64,000 nucleotides of DNA. It comes from Chachezhania sediminis. GTDB lineage: Bacteria > Pseudomonadota > Alphaproteobacteria > Rhodobacterales > Rhodobacteraceae. Location: assembly GCF_009765275.1 (NCBI RefSeq), contig NZ_VOPH01000004.1:315810-379809 (forward strand). Direction: 5' to 3'. Under the pieces are notes generated by a model, which worked only from the letters and a program-made list of their open reading frames with translations, was not told where the DNA came from and searched no databases. Positions 38,252 to 49,065 of the stretch are shown one piece after another. A program made the position numbers and the translations under genes. Within the stretch, counting starts at the first letter, position 1, and every line of letters starts with the position of its first letter.

Positions 38252-40678
38252 ATGCCAATGGAAGCGCCTTCGTACACCACCACCCCGGTTCCGGTTCTGC
38301 CGCTTCGGGATATTGTCGTCTTCCCGCACATGATCGTGCCGCTCTTTGTCGGGCGGGAAAAGTCGGTGCGCGCCCTGGAAGAGGTGATGGCAGATGACAA
38401 GCAGATCCTGTTGTCGAGCCAGATCGACCCGGCAGAGGACGATCCCGACGCCGACGGCATCTACAAGACCGGCGTCGTGGCCAATGTCCTGCAATTGCTG
38501 AAACTGCCCGACGGCACCGTCAAGGTGCTGGTCGAAGGCCAGGAACGCGTGCGGATCACCCGGCTTCTGGACAACCCCGCCTATTTCGAGGCCCTGGGCG
38601 AGCCGCTGGAGGAAGTGCCCGGCGACGAGGAAGTGGCCGAGGCCCTGCTGCGCACCGTCGCGCAGGAATTCGAACGCTATGCCAAGGTCCGCAAGAACAT
38701 CCCCGAAGAAGCCCTGGCCGCCGTCGGTCAGTCGACCGAGCCGGCAAAGCTGGCCGACCTGGTCGCGGGTCATCTGGGCATCGACGTGCAGCGCAAGCAG
38801 GAACTGCTTGAGACGCTGTCGGTCAGCGAACGTCTGGAGAAGGTCTATGGCCTGATGCAGGGCGAGCTGTCGGTCCTGCAGGTCGAGAAGAAGATCAAGA
38901 CCCGGGTCAAGAGCCAGATGGAGAAGACCCAGCGCGAGTACTATCTGAATGAGCAGATGAAGGCCATTCAGAAGGAGCTGGGCGACGGCGAGGACGGCGC
39001 CGGCGAAGTGGCCGAACTGGAAGCCAAGATCGCCGAGGCGAAGCTGTCCAAGGAAGCCCGCGAAAAGGCCGAGGGCGAGCTGAAGAAGCTGAAGTCGATG
39101 TCGCCGATGTCGGCCGAAGCCACTGTCGTGCGCAACTACCTCGACTGGATGCTGTCGATCCCGTGGGGCACGAAAAGCCGCGTGAAGAAGGACCTGCACC
39201 GCGCGCAGGAGATCCTGGATACCGACCATTATGGCCTGGAGAAGGTCAAGGAACGGATCGTGGAATACCTGGCGGTGCAGCAGCGCTCGAAGAAGCTGAA
39301 GGGGCCGATCCTGTGCCTCGTCGGCCCTCCGGGTGTTGGTAAAACGTCGCTCGGCAAATCGGTGGCGAAGGCCACGGGCCGGGAATTCATCCGCATCAGC
39401 CTTGGCGGCGTGCGCGACGAATCCGAGATCCGCGGTCACCGCCGGACCTATATCGGCTCCATGCCCGGCAAGATCATCCAGGCGATGAAGAAGGCCAAGA
39501 CCACGAACCCCCTCATCCTGCTCGACGAGATCGACAAGATGGGCCAGGACTTCCGTGGCGATCCGGCCTCGGCCATGCTCGAAGTGCTCGACCCGGAACA
39601 GAACGGGACCTTCGTGGACCACTATCTTGAGGTGGAATACGACCTGTCGAACGTGATGTTCCTGACCACGGCGAACACCTACAACATGCCCGGGCCGCTT
39701 CTGGACCGGATGGAGATCATCAGCCTGGCCGGCTATACCGAGGATGAAAAGCGCGAGATCGCGAAACAGCACCTGGTCGACAAGCAGGTCAAGTCGCACG
39801 GCCTTCGCAAGAAGGAGTTCGAGCTGACCGACGAGGCGCTGACCCAGACCATCCGCACCTATACCCGCGAAGCGGGCGTGCGGAACCTGGAACGCGAACT
39901 AGGCAAGCTGACCCGGAAGGCCGTGACCAAGATCGTCAAGGGCGAGACCGACAGCGTGACGGTCACCCCGGAAAACCTGTCGGATTTCCTGGGCGTGCCC
40001 AAGTACCGCTATGGCCTGGCCGAGAAAGAGGATCAGATCGGTGTGGTCACCGGGTTGGCCTATACCTCGGTCGGGGGCGAGCTTCTGTCGATCGAGGCAC
40101 TGCGCCTGCCGGGCAAGGGCCGGATGAAGACCACGGGCAAACTGGGCGACGTGATGAAGGAATCCATCGACGCCGCGGCCAGCTATGTCCGGTCGGTCGG
40201 GCCGAAGCTTGGCCTGACCCCGCCGCAGTTCGAGGCATGGGACATCCACGTCCACGTCCCTGAAGGCGCCACGCCCAAGGACGGCCCGTCGGCCGGCCTG
40301 GCGATGGTGACCTCGATCGTGTCCGTGCTGACCCAGATCCCGGTGCGCAAGGACATCGCGATGACGGGCGAGGTGACGCTGCGCGGCAACGCGCTGGCCA
40401 TCGGCGGATTGAAGGAGAAGCTCTTGGCGGCGCTTCGGGGCGGCATCACCACGGTGCTGATCCCGCAGGAAAACGCCAAGGACCTGCCGGAGATCCCCGA
40501 CAACGTGAAGGAGGGGCTGACCATCATCCCCGTCAGCCACGTGTCGGAAGTGCTGCAACACGCCCTGGTCCGTGTGCCGGAACCGGCCGACTGGGACGAG
40601 GCCGCCGATGCCGAAGCCGCAGCCGCCCGCGCGGCCATGGCCTCGGGCAAGCCTGCGCCCGCGACCACGGCGCACTGA
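38252..40678 (+). CDS. lon: ATP-dependent Lon protease
   Basis: LON N-domain, Walker [10 protein letters not shown], Walker [10 protein letters not shown], catalytic Ser in [12 protein letters not shown]. 808 aa. Confidence 0.95.
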   Translation: MPMEAPSYTTTPVPVLPLRDIVVFPHMIVPLFVGREKSVRALEEVMADDKQILLSSQIDPAEDDPDADGIYKTGVVANVLQLLKLPDGTVKVLVEGQERVRITRLLDNPAYFEALGEPLEEVPGDEEVAEALLRTVAQEFERYAKVRKNIPEEALAAVGQSTEPAKLADLVAGHLGIDVQRKQELLETLSVSERLEKVYGLMQGELSVLQVEKKIKTRVKSQMEKTQREYYLNEQMKAIQKELGDGEDGAGEVAELEAKIAEAKLSKEAREKAEGELKKLKSMSPMSAEATVVRNYLDWMLSIPWGTKSRVKKDLHRAQEILDTDHYGLEKVKERIVEYLAVQQRSKKLKGPILCLVGPPGVGKTSLGKSVAKATGREFIRISLGGVRDESEIRGHRRTYIGSMPGKIIQAMKKAKTTNPLILLDEIDKMGQDFRGDPASAMLEVLDPEQNGTFVDHYLEVEYDLSNVMFLTTANTYNMPGPLLDRMEIISLAGYTEDEKREIAKQHLVDKQVKSHGLRKKEFELTDEALTQTIRTYTREAGVRNLERELGKLTRKAVTKIVKGETDSVTVTPENLSDFLGVPKYRYGLAEKEDQIGVVTGLAYTSVGGELLSIEALRLPGKGRMKTTGKLGDVMKESIDAAASYVRSVGPKLGLTPPQFEAWDIHVHVPEGATPKDGPSAGLAMVTSIVSVLTQIPVRKDIAMTGEVTLRGNALAIGGLKEKLLAALRGGITTVLIPQENAKDLPEIPDNVKEGLTIIPVSHVSEVLQHALVRVPEPADWDEAADAEAAAARAAMASGKPAPATTAH

Positions 40679-40716
40679 TCGCGCCGGGGCCGTTTTTCGG
40701 GCCAGTGAACAGGATG

Positions 40717-40747
40717 CGGCCGGACCTTCGGGTCCGGCCGTTTTCGT
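40717..40747 (+). terminator. Rho-independent terminator after lon
   Basis: GCGGCCGGACC-ttcg-GGTCCGGCCG hairpin followed by TTTTCG. Confidence 0.7.
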
Positions 40748-40989
40748 GTCGGGATCGTCCGATTCTGCTTTGAACTCCGCCGGACGCCCCTGCTGCGCGT
40801 CCGGGGCTGGTCGCCCGGGGTGTAAATGGTGCCTGCGGGCCAGGATCGCGCAAAATATGTGTAAAATTGCCGTCTTTTGGAGGCATGGAGGCGCAACATT
40901 CGCCAAATTCCGTAGTGTTGTGACCTCATCGGGTGTAAGATTTGAAAATACTCAACCCTGTCGAGGACTGCAGATGAGCACCGACAAGA

Positions 40990-41363
40990 CCCCTTCCAGC
41001 AAGACCGAACAGCGCGCCCCGCGCGCCAAGGTCATGGCAGCCGAAATCGACGGCGAAGACGCCGTGGCGACCGATCCGGCCGAGGTGGTGGAAGAGCTGA
41101 AGCGCCGCGACCTGATCGATATGATCGTGGCCGAAACAGGCGTGAAGAAGAAATTCGCGAAGCCGGTCATCGATGCGATGCTGGCCCAGATGGGCGCCAC
41201 CCTTGCAGAAGGCCGTCCGATGAACCTGCCCCCGATGGGCAAGCTGCGGGTTAACCGTTCGACCGAGACGGAAGGGGCCACGACCTATTTCTGCCGCGTG
41301 CGCATGCCCAAGCTCAAGACGGAAGACGATGCCGTCGAGAGCGGCGAGACCGACGTCTCCTGA
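40990..41363 (+). CDS. HU-family DNA-binding protein (divergent, with an acidic N-terminal extension)
   Basis: LKRRDLIDMIVAETGVKKKFAKPVIDAMLAQMGATLAEGRPMNLPPMGKLRV aligns to the HU/IHF N-terminal helices (ELIDAIAEKTGLSKA...). Conserved position immediately downstream of lon. Confidence 0.55.
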
Positions 41364-41401
41364 AAACGCCGGGCTTCGGCCCGTTTCGACACCCGAGTCG
41401 G

Positions 41402-41438
41402 AAAGGCCCCGGACGATGTTCCGGGGCCTTTCATTTTC
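41402..41438 (+). terminator. Rho-independent terminator after the HU-like gene
   Basis: AAAGGCCCCGG-(8-nt loop)-CCGGGGCCTTT 11-bp stem followed by CATTTTCC. Confidence 0.7.
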
Positions 41439-41494
41439 CTGTCCGCAGGCTCTTGCGGACCCCGCCGCCTGCCGCTACATACCCGGTCCACGGC

Positions 41495-41569
41495 GGGTGA
41501 TTAGCTCAGTGGTAGAGCGCTTCGTTCACATCGAAGATGTCGGGGGTTCAAATCCCTCATCACCCACCA
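41495..41569 (+). tRNA. tRNA-Val (anticodon CAC)
   Basis: Cloverleaf folded by hand: acceptor GGGTGAT/ATCACCC, D-arm GCTC/GAGC, anticodon stem CTTCG/CGAAG with loop TTCACAT, T-arm GGGGG-TTCAAAT-CCCTC, discriminator A, encoded CCA. Confidence 0.85.
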
Positions 41570-41890
41570 TGATTTCATAGACCGATCCATGATCTGCGAA
41601 ATGTTCCGAAGTCCCCATAAGCTGTGGTCTCCCGTTTCCGGCATGCAAAACCCGGCACATCGACCGCGTCCTGCATATGTTCGGGCAGATGGCGCCCACA
41701 TGCGGAAAACGTGACTCCCGTACTGGAATGGGCCAGGATCTGGGCTGTGGCGGGACAGGGGGTTTTTCAGTATGCGACACGCAGAGTTGCAGCAGAGACG
41801 TTGGGTTGTGGCGGCCGCCTTCTGGTGACGAACGCGTCTCGCCAGACCGGTATCGTCGGCAGCGACGCGTAGATCTTCACGAGGCGTCAG

Positions 41891-42430
41891 GTGAAGCCAA
41901 AACTATATCTGATGGGTGCTTCTTGCTCGGGCGTGTCGACGCTTGGCGCGGTCCTGGCCGAACGACTAGATGTCCAACAGATTGACGTCGACAATTTCTA
42001 TTGGATGCCGACCGACCCGCCGTTCAGCGTCAAACGAGATCCCGAAGACCGTGTCCTGCTGATCAGCGAGCGCCAACGCCGGAGCGAGGGCTGGGTGCTG
42101 ACCGGATCGTTCATCGGTTGGGGCGATCCGCTGGTCGTGAATGTCGATCTGATCGTCTTCATCCATACGCCAACCCCGTTACGCCTGAAACGACTGGACG
42201 CGCGTGAGGCGCTCCGTCATGGAAGCCGGATTCTTCCCGGCGGCGACATGCACCGGTCACATCTGGCGTTCCGTGACTGGGCCTCTCGTTACGACGATCC
42301 GTCATTCACCGGACGAAACCTCGCACAGCATGAACGGTGGCTGGCCACGCAAACCGCCCCGGTTCTTCGCCTCGATGGCGAACGCTCGCCCCAGGATCTT
42401 GCAGGCAGGGTCGTGGACGCGCTGCCCTGA
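41891..42430 (+). CDS. P-loop NTPase (adenylate-kinase/shikimate-kinase-like small AAA-family kinase)
   Basis: Walker A LMGASCSGVSTL directly after the start. 179 aa. GTG start with an upstream GAGG. Lower GC than the flanking sequence. Confidence 0.6.
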   Translation: MKPKLYLMGASCSGVSTLGAVLAERLDVQQIDVDNFYWMPTDPPFSVKRDPEDRVLLISERQRRSEGWVLTGSFIGWGDPLVVNVDLIVFIHTPTPLRLKRLDAREALRHGSRILPGGDMHRSHLAFRDWASRYDDPSFTGRNLAQHERWLATQTAPVLRLDGERSPQDLAGRVVDALP

Positions 42431-42499
42431 GGTCTTCCCCATTTCCCGAACATATTTGGGCGTCGCCAAGCTAGCCTGTCGATCATGCTGCTGCCTGTC

Positions 42500-42678
42500 A
42501 GGCCGGCCATGCTGCCCTGTGCCTGCCGCTTCCAGGTGTCGATCGGCGTTTCATGCACGCCATTGCCGCCAGCTCGGCTTTCGTCGTCTCGCCACGAATG
42601 GTTCCAGGCGGCGCCTTCTGCCTTGAATTCGGCGCCGTGAATCTTCCGTTTGCCAGCCTCGCTGTTCGTCCTCGCCAC
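42500..42678 (-). pseudogene. IS3-family transposase OrfA remnant (HTH_Tnp_1 N-terminal fragment)
   Basis: MARTNSEAGKRKIHGAEFKAEGAAW...GVHETPIDTWKRQAQG resembles the IS3 OrfA N-terminus (RRKFSAEFKAEAV...L..W.KQ). There is no downstream OrfB and the rest of the frame degenerates. Confidence 0.4.
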
Positions 42679-42822
42679 GGTTGCTGGCAGGCTTGGCAGG
42701 GTGCCCGGTCTTCGGGGACGACCTCTGTTTGCAGGGCTGTTAATGGCGGACGCAACTTAATCGACTGGTAAGGTCACGGTGCTATTTCTGCGGGACGAAA
42801 AGATTCCTTTGGAAAGGCCGCA

Positions 42823-43119
42823 ATGCGTGTCGTTGCAATGATATGTTTGGTCATGGGACCCCTGATCTCGGCGCCAGTGCTGGCTCTGACAGGGCGCCCT
42901 GTTCAGACGACAAGCACACTTCTTGTTATCGGGCCGATGAACGGTTTGCCTGACCTGGTCAGCCGCGCGGGCGGACGTCCCGTCGGACCGACGCGTGCAC
43001 CGTTTGCCCTGCTTGCCGTGGCAGACACTCATCCTGAAGACTTTCCAGAGCGTCTGAATGCCGAAGGCGCTTGGTTGGTCCTCGACGGCGCAATCGCAGC
43101 GCAACTCTGCGGAGTTTAG
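42823..43119 (+). CDS. Small secreted/periplasmic hypothetical protein (98 aa)
   Basis: Signal peptide MRVVAMICLVMGPLISAPVLALTG. The stop is 1 nt before the MCP start codon. Confidence 0.45.
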   Translation: MRVVAMICLVMGPLISAPVLALTGRPVQTTSTLLVIGPMNGLPDLVSRAGGRPVGPTRAPFALLAVADTHPEDFPERLNAEGAWLVLDGAIAAQLCGV

Positions 43120-43120
43120 A

Positions 43121-44680
43121 ATGACCAGCAACACCTCCTCACTTGCGGTCGCGCAGGCAAATGGCCTCCGCGTAATCGGCTATGTCAACATCCTGCTGGC
43201 GCCCCTCCCGGCGTGCGGTGCCTGGTTGGCGGGCTTGTCGCCCTGGCCGTTTCTGGCAGTATCCTTGGCAATTGTCACAGTCGCCCTCGGCCTTCAGCGC
43301 CGGGGCGGGGGTATTGCTCGGATCGCAGTGTCGCTAGGGGCAATGGGCCAGTTGCCGCTGCTGACGGCAGCCCTGGCCGGAAACCCGTGGCAGCTCGACT
43401 CCCACCTCATCTATTTTGCCGTGCTGGCCGGTCTGGTTATCCTGCAAGACCAGCGGGCACTTCTCGCCGCTTCAGGGCTCGTCATTGTTCATCACGCGAT
43501 GCTGACGTTCTTTCTGCCGACGCTGATTTACCCAAGCAGCGGCTTGCTGCTTGATCTGGGGCGCCTGGCGCTGCACGGCACCGTTTGGGTGGCGGAAACC
43601 ATGGGTCTTTCCTACCTGCTGCACATGCAGCTGAAACAACGCGCCCAGATCGAGCAAGAGGCGACACAGCTGTCCGATGCGTTGACCAGCTCGCAAGAGT
43701 TGCAACTGAACCTGACGCGGAAGGAAGCCGAACAGCTCAATGTCATGGAACAGTTCAGCGCGGCTTTGACCAAATTGGCAAATGGAGACCTTGCAACACG
43801 GATCGAGACCGTGTTTCCGGAACAGTTCGAGCCGCTGCGAAACGAATTCAACAGCGCGGTCAATTCTCTGTCGGTTGCCATGACCCGCGTCCAGGATACC
43901 GCAGGCTCAATCAAGCTGGACACAATGAGTATCGCGTCGGCATCCGAACAACTTGCCCAGCGGACCGAGCATCAGGCGAACGCTCTGGGAAGCGTAACCT
44001 CGCGTATCGACAACATCAGCGAAGTCATGTCCGCCGCATCGGAAGACGCCCGGAAGGCAGCGGTGACGACAGCCGGGACAAGGGTGGATGCCGAAAACGG
44101 CATGAAAGTGGTCGACGGTGCGCTGGACGCGATGGATCAGATCAAGGAAAGCTCCGACCGCATCCAGCTGGTTGTCGATATGATCGAAGACGTGGCGTTT
44201 CAGACCAATCTTCTGGCGCTCAACGCCGGTGTCGAGGCCGCGCGCGCCGGGTCGGGGGGGCAAGGGTTCGCGGTTGTCGCTACGGAAGTTCGCGCGCTTG
44301 CCGGTCGTTCGTCGGATGCCGCCAAGGAAATCAGTGTTCTTATCAGCGACAGTGCGCGCCAGGTCCGAAACGGTGTGCAGCTTGTCGACAACGCGGGTGA
44401 GGTACTTCGCGGTGTTCTGGATGCGGTCCGCAAGGCATCTGACTCCATGCAGAACATCGCATCTACGGTGGGCACCCAGTCAAAGGGAATCGCCGATCTC
44501 AAGCACACCATGGGTGAGCTTGATCAGCTTACACAGCAGAATGCGGCAATGTTTGAAGAAACCTCTGCTGCAACGACGGCTTTGACCGACGCGACCAATT
44601 TGCTGAGCGAAGTTGTGGCGGAATTCCAGATTGCCTCGGCGCAGGATGCTTCAGTGCCACATCTCCGTAAGATCGCCTAG
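43121..44680 (+). CDS. Methyl-accepting chemotaxis protein with a multi-TM membrane-embedded N-terminal sensor
   Basis: HAMP-like segment, then the MCP signalling domain (LLALNAGVEAARAGSGGQGFAVVATEVRALAGRS). The N-terminal about 170 aa are 4-5 TM helices with no periplasmic domain. A GGAG Shine-Dalgarno precedes the start. GC is about 58% against a background of about 66%. Confidence 0.85.
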   Translation: MTSNTSSLAVAQANGLRVIGYVNILLAPLPACGAWLAGLSPWPFLAVSLAIVTVALGLQRRGGGIARIAVSLGAMGQLPLLTAALAGNPWQLDSHLIYFAVLAGLVILQDQRALLAASGLVIVHHAMLTFFLPTLIYPSSGLLLDLGRLALHGTVWVAETMGLSYLLHMQLKQRAQIEQEATQLSDALTSSQELQLNLTRKEAEQLNVMEQFSAALTKLANGDLATRIETVFPEQFEPLRNEFNSAVNSLSVAMTRVQDTAGSIKLDTMSIASASEQLAQRTEHQANALGSVTSRIDNISEVMSAASEDARKAAVTTAGTRVDAENGMKVVDGALDAMDQIKESSDRIQLVVDMIEDVAFQTNLLALNAGVEAARAGSGGQGFAVVATEVRALAGRSSDAAKEISVLISDSARQVRNGVQLVDNAGEVLRGVLDAVRKASDSMQNIASTVGTQSKGIADLKHTMGELDQLTQQNAAMFEETSAATTALTDATNLLSEVVAEFQIASAQDASVPHLRKIA

Positions 44681-44914
44681 CTGATGCCCGCTTCCGCAGC
44701 CGGTTCATCTGGAAGCGGCGGACCGAAGCGGCGATGGGGGGCGGGCGCAGGAAGACGGGTAGGCTTGCGAAGTGCCCGTTGGGTCGCGAACCCAGGGTTC
44801 CGGGTTTCAGTCCAACGGGTCAGAGGGATCTGCAGCAGTCCGGTAGCCGGCGGTCCGGGTCGTCAGGCCGGGAGAAGGGGACGGACCTACGCGTAGCCGC
44901 CGCCGCCTTTTCGT

Positions 44915-45418
44915 TCAGTCCCAGACGTCGGGGGCATTGGCGACCCGCAGCTTCGACGCCAGGGCGCCCAACGCAATCCGATGCACGATCTCGGACGGCG
45001 CGGTGCAAAGATCGCCGATGACGGTTACATCGAACTTTGCCGCGGCGTCCGACATGGCTGTGAACACGACGCAATTCTGTGTCATCATCCCGCAGACCAG
45101 AAGGTCGGTGGCCCCCTCCAGATGCCGGGCGAGATCCGTATCCTGAAACGCATCGGCGAACGTCTTGGTCACGACCGGGGCGTCGCCGACGGCCGCCAGG
45201 ATTGCCGGACGAATGGAAACGCCATCCCCGCCGGCGGCGAACAGCCCGGTCTCTGCCTGCGATACATGACGGATCGCGATCACGCGATCGCCGGCCCGCC
45301 GGGCACGTCCGATTGCAGCGACGACACGTCCTTCGACCGCCTCTGCATCATGCAGCGGCAGGACGCCGCCCGGGAAATAGTCATTCTGAATATCGATGAC
45401 GAGAAGCGCGCGGCTCAT
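44915..45418 (-). CDS. Isochorismatase-family cysteine hydrolase
   Basis: ALLVIDIQNDY...catalytic Cys in LLVCGMMTQNCV. 167 aa. Confidence 0.8.
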   Translation of the reverse strand: MSRALLVIDIQNDYFPGGVLPLHDAEAVEGRVVAAIGRARRAGDRVIAIRHVSQAETGLFAAGGDGVSIRPAILAAVGDAPVVTKTFADAFQDTDLARHLEGATDLLVCGMMTQNCVVFTAMSDAAAKFDVTVIGDLCTAPSEIVHRIALGALASKLRVANAPDVWD

Positions 45419-45511
45419 CTGGGGCCTCCTTTTGGGTCCGGTATTCGACCTACTATGCCGATCCGGCGGTTTGCAGTGGCCCGAAGGTCATGTTTCAATT
45501 ATTTTGGGCCA

Positions 45512-46450
45512 ATGCGCATCGCCGTCATCGCCTACAAGGGCATAAGCCCCTTCATGCTCTCCGTGCCGCTCGCGGTCTTTGGCGAGCCCTTTCTGGCCAT
45601 GGACCACGAAGTGATGGTCTGCGCTGAAGAACGCCGCATCCCGACGACGACCGGCGGTGTCCTGATCGAAACAGATCATGGGCTCGATGCCACGGAAACG
45701 GCGGATATTGTCATTCTTCCTGGTTGGCGGGATGCGGAGGAGCCGGTTTCCGGACCGCTGCTGGAGCAGCTCCGTGCCGCTCATGGGCGGAGCGCCATCG
45801 TGATCGGCCTGTGTCTCGGGGCTTTTGGTCTGGCCGAAGCGGGCCTGTTGAACGGCCGGCGTGCGACGACCCACTGGGCGAAGGTCGGGGAATTTGCCGC
45901 GCGCTTTCCCGCCGTTCGGACCGATCCGCAGGCGATCTTCGTCGATGAAGGTCAGGTGCTGACCTCGGCGGGCATTGCCGCCGGGCTTGATTGTTGCCTG
46001 CATGTGCTTGCCCGGCTTTCCGGCGTGGCAACGGCCAATCGGGTGTCGCGCCAGCTTGTCGTTGCGCCGCAGCGCGCGGCCGACCAGCCGCAGTTGCTGG
46101 ACCGTCCTGCGCCGGCCTCCTCGGCGGAACGCCGGGTCGCCGGTATCCTCGAACGGCTCTGGTCCGACCCGGTGACAAGTCCCTGCCTGGATGCTTTGGC
46201 GGCCCAGTCGGGTATGAGCCGCCGCAGCCTGACCCGGCACATCCGGGCGCGCACCGGTGGCAGCCTGGGGGGATGGATCCGTCGGGCGAGGGTCGCGCGG
46301 GCCCAGGACGCCCTGTTGCAAGGGTCCCGGGGGATTGAACGGATCGCCGCTCTGTCCGGCTTTCCCGACGCCCAATCGCTGCGCAGGGCGTTTCGGAGCG
46401 AACTGGGCATGACACCCGTGCAGTGGCTCAGCCGGCAACGATTGGGCTGA
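45512..46450 (+). CDS. GlxA-family transcriptional regulator (DJ-1/PfpI + AraC HTH)
   Basis: IGLCLGAFGLAEAGLLNGRRATTHW plus a C-terminal AraC HTH. Divergent from the isochorismatase gene. Confidence 0.8.
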   Translation: MRIAVIAYKGISPFMLSVPLAVFGEPFLAMDHEVMVCAEERRIPTTTGGVLIETDHGLDATETADIVILPGWRDAEEPVSGPLLEQLRAAHGRSAIVIGLCLGAFGLAEAGLLNGRRATTHWAKVGEFAARFPAVRTDPQAIFVDEGQVLTSAGIAAGLDCCLHVLARLSGVATANRVSRQLVVAPQRAADQPQLLDRPAPASSAERRVAGILERLWSDPVTSPCLDALAAQSGMSRRSLTRHIRARTGGSLGGWIRRARVARAQDALLQGSRGIERIAALSGFPDAQSLRRAFRSELGMTPVQWLSRQRLG

Positions 46451-47199
46451 GCTGCCACCCGCCGGCAGGTGCCAGAACAGGTCCAGGAGCCGATCCGGGA
46501 CGACGCGGCCACCTGTCATCCATATCGACCGAAGCGCCTGCCGCACCCAGCCCACGGCGGTAGTTCGGGCGAGGCGCTGCGAACGATCCTTGCCGAAAAG
46601 GAATAGGGTTACGCCGCCTATTTCGAAATGAAATTTCGTCCAATGTACCCTCGCGCGAAGGACAGAAGATTTACGTCGAGATTGTAAGATTTCAGATAAT
46701 ATTCAGCCGCCAAATCGCTCGAATCTGATAAATTGAAACTGTCTTCGGCAGTGCGAATGGACATTGCAGATCAATGGAAATGACCTTTATTTCGAGTGTC
46801 TGTAGAAAGCGGGCTGCACCATCACCTGAGATAAGATCCAAGCGTAGCGTTTTCGGATCTGGATTGAGGCAAAGATGTGCCGAACGCGTCCGGAGTGCAT
46901 CGAGCCTTCATAGGTGCAATTGACGGGGAGGAGCCGCGTCGGGGTTTGCAGCGCCGGGCCAATTGGGCTGCTTCACAGGATCGATACTTGATCGCTTTGG
47001 CCGGCGGCCGGGGATGCCTTGGTGTTGGGGACGGGAACGGTCGCTTTGCCGTGACGGAGATTTAATTTCAGATGCGCGTTTTTTTTTGGAACGTGGAATC
47101 CGGAATGGCAGTGTGACGCATGGGAATTTGGAAAAGTCTGAATTTCGCCGCCGTCCGTGTACGCTACGTATCATAGGGTTTTGTGAGGGGAATTGAGAA

Positions 47200-48625
47200 A
47201 TGGCGGCAAATCTTTCCTGGAGTGGTTTCAACTGGGCGACACCGCAGGCGAATTTCATCAGCCAGGATTTCGTTGTCAGTGCCACGCATATGAATCACGG
47301 CGACATCGGCGTGGACTACTCCGGCTTTATTGCCTGCCTTTCGCCTGATGCGGTTTGGGACATGTCAGACAGCTTTGTCTTGGTGTCAGGGCTTGTCGGT
47401 CTGACTCCCGGTGCGTCGTACCGGTCCAACGTAGACGAGGCTGCCCATTTGCAATCCGGGCCGTTGCCCGGTGACTACTACATGCTGGTCGTGGCCGACG
47501 CGGATAACTACATCGATGAGGAGGATCAGACCGACAACCTGTTGGCAATCGGGTTCACGATCCTGCCAACATCTGATCTGGTCCCGACGGCCCATGACTT
47601 TTTCGAAACGCCGCCCCTGTTCTTCCGCGGCGACGGGACCGAGACATTGTCCCTGACCGTCTCAGACGAGCCCGCGCCCGCCTACGTCCGGATCGGTGTG
47701 GATGGAACGTCTGCCGACTATGTGGTGGCGGGCTTATGCGCCAGGGGGATCAGGACGAAGGCCAGGCGGTGGTCTCCGGCGTTGGGAGAGACCTGTCCCT
47801 GACGGGCAACGCGTGGAAATACCTTACGGTCGATGCGCAGATCACGGCGGACACAGTCCTGTCCTTCGATTTCTCGAGTAGCGATCCGGGCGAGATCGCG
47901 GCCATCGGTTTCGATGCGGACAGCAGATTCAACGGAAGCGGAAGGGATTTCCCGCATTTCTTCCAACTGGGCGGAACCGAATTCCGCAAGAACATGGCGG
48001 CGCATCTGGACTATGCCGGCAACGGCGACACCCGTCATTTCGAGATCGCGGCAGGCACGTTCTTCCAGGGTGATTTTGCCAATCTTGCCATGGTACCTGA
48101 CGACGATGCGGACGGCTCCGGCATGGTTCAGTTCTCGAATATCGAACTTCTGCGCGATCCGTTCTCGGTGAATGTGACCAGCCAGGGCGGGGCGGCCAAC
48201 GACAAGGGGGCCGCTCGAGAATTCGTGGGAGGCGGGGGCTCGAACTGGCGTCCAATGCCCGGAAGGCGATCCTGGCAGGGCAGGATCTGGAGGTCGACGC
48301 CAATACCGTGCTGTCGGTCCGGTTCCGCAGCGATGCCGAGGGCGAAATACAAGGTATCGGCCTGGACTGTGACACCGGTCTCGACAATGACCTCTTCTTC
48401 CAGTTTGCCGGGACGCAACAGTGGGGGCACTCCGGCGGCGAATACGAGATCGGCAGTGGTTACAAGACATTTGAGATCGATGTCGGCAGCATCCATCAAG
48501 GCACGTTCGACCGGATCGTCCTGGGCATGGGGAGCGACGCACCGGGCGAAGTCGGGAACGCCTATTTCGCAGATATCGCCCTGACAGGTCTGGGCAAAAG
48601 CGATGACACACTGGTGATCCTCTAG
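47200..48625 (+). pseudogene. Secreted/cell-surface tandem-repeat protein gene broken by two -1 frameshifts at G5 runs (function unknown)
   Basis: Three consecutive ORFs in frames 1, 0 and 2 (47200..47802, 47736..48584, 48308..48625). They encode two homologous modules of about 100 aa: ...TVLSFDFSSSDPGEIAAIGFDAD... and ...TVLSVRFRSDAEGEIQGIGLDCD.... Both frame breaks map to GGGGG runs (about 47742-47746 and about 48234-48238). Adding one G at each restores one continuous reading frame of about 475 aa. Confidence 0.6.
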
Positions 48626-49065
48626 CCGGGACCGACCCGGAAGGTGCTCCAGCTGCGCGTTCAGCGGAATCGCCGTGACGGGTGCGCATGGCTTGACCGC
48701 CAGCGCGGTGCCCTGTCGATCCCCGGGCGTCGGGGCCGGCCTACGACGGTCGGTGATCGGCCTGCTTGCCACACTGGACCGGAACGCCATCCTGACGCCC
48801 GCTGAAGTCGGCGAAGCGGCGACAGACCTCGTGCCGGACGCCGAAGCTGGTTGCGGCTGGTGAGCGGTCGAAGAGCTCCGCCCGGGCTGCGGTTGCCCGC
48901 ACTTCCGCCGGATGCCGGAAATCGAGATCCAGCCGCATTGCCGGAAACCGCAAGGAACGGGTCGCCGAGCCTATGTCGAAACGGACAATCATCGCTTCGA
49001 AATGCCGCCCAGTCGGCCGAACCGGAGTACGATAATTGCAATCGCCATCGGCAACTCATCGCGCC

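Noticed and set aside
37904-39799. 631-aa minus-strand ORF
   Set aside because: Antisense to lon.
46800-46830. Possible att direct repeat of the tRNA-Val 3' end (CATCACC)
   Set aside because: Only a 7-mer is shared. Too short to call an island boundary.
47095-47115. Sigma-54 (-24/-12) promoter-like TGGCAG-N5-CGCA
   Set aside because: The GG-to-GC spacing is one nucleotide short of consensus and the -12 region lacks TTGC. Mentioned only as a weak possibility.
47718-48689. 323-aa minus-strand ORF across the repeat-protein locus
   Set aside because: Antisense to a sense strand with clear internal tandem-repeat homology. Arg/Pro-rich.
48741-48992. 83-aa minus-strand ORF between the repeat-protein gene and the DMT transporter
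   Set aside because: No Shine-Dalgarno, no motif, and it overlaps other equally weak frames. Possibly a gene fragment but not supportable.
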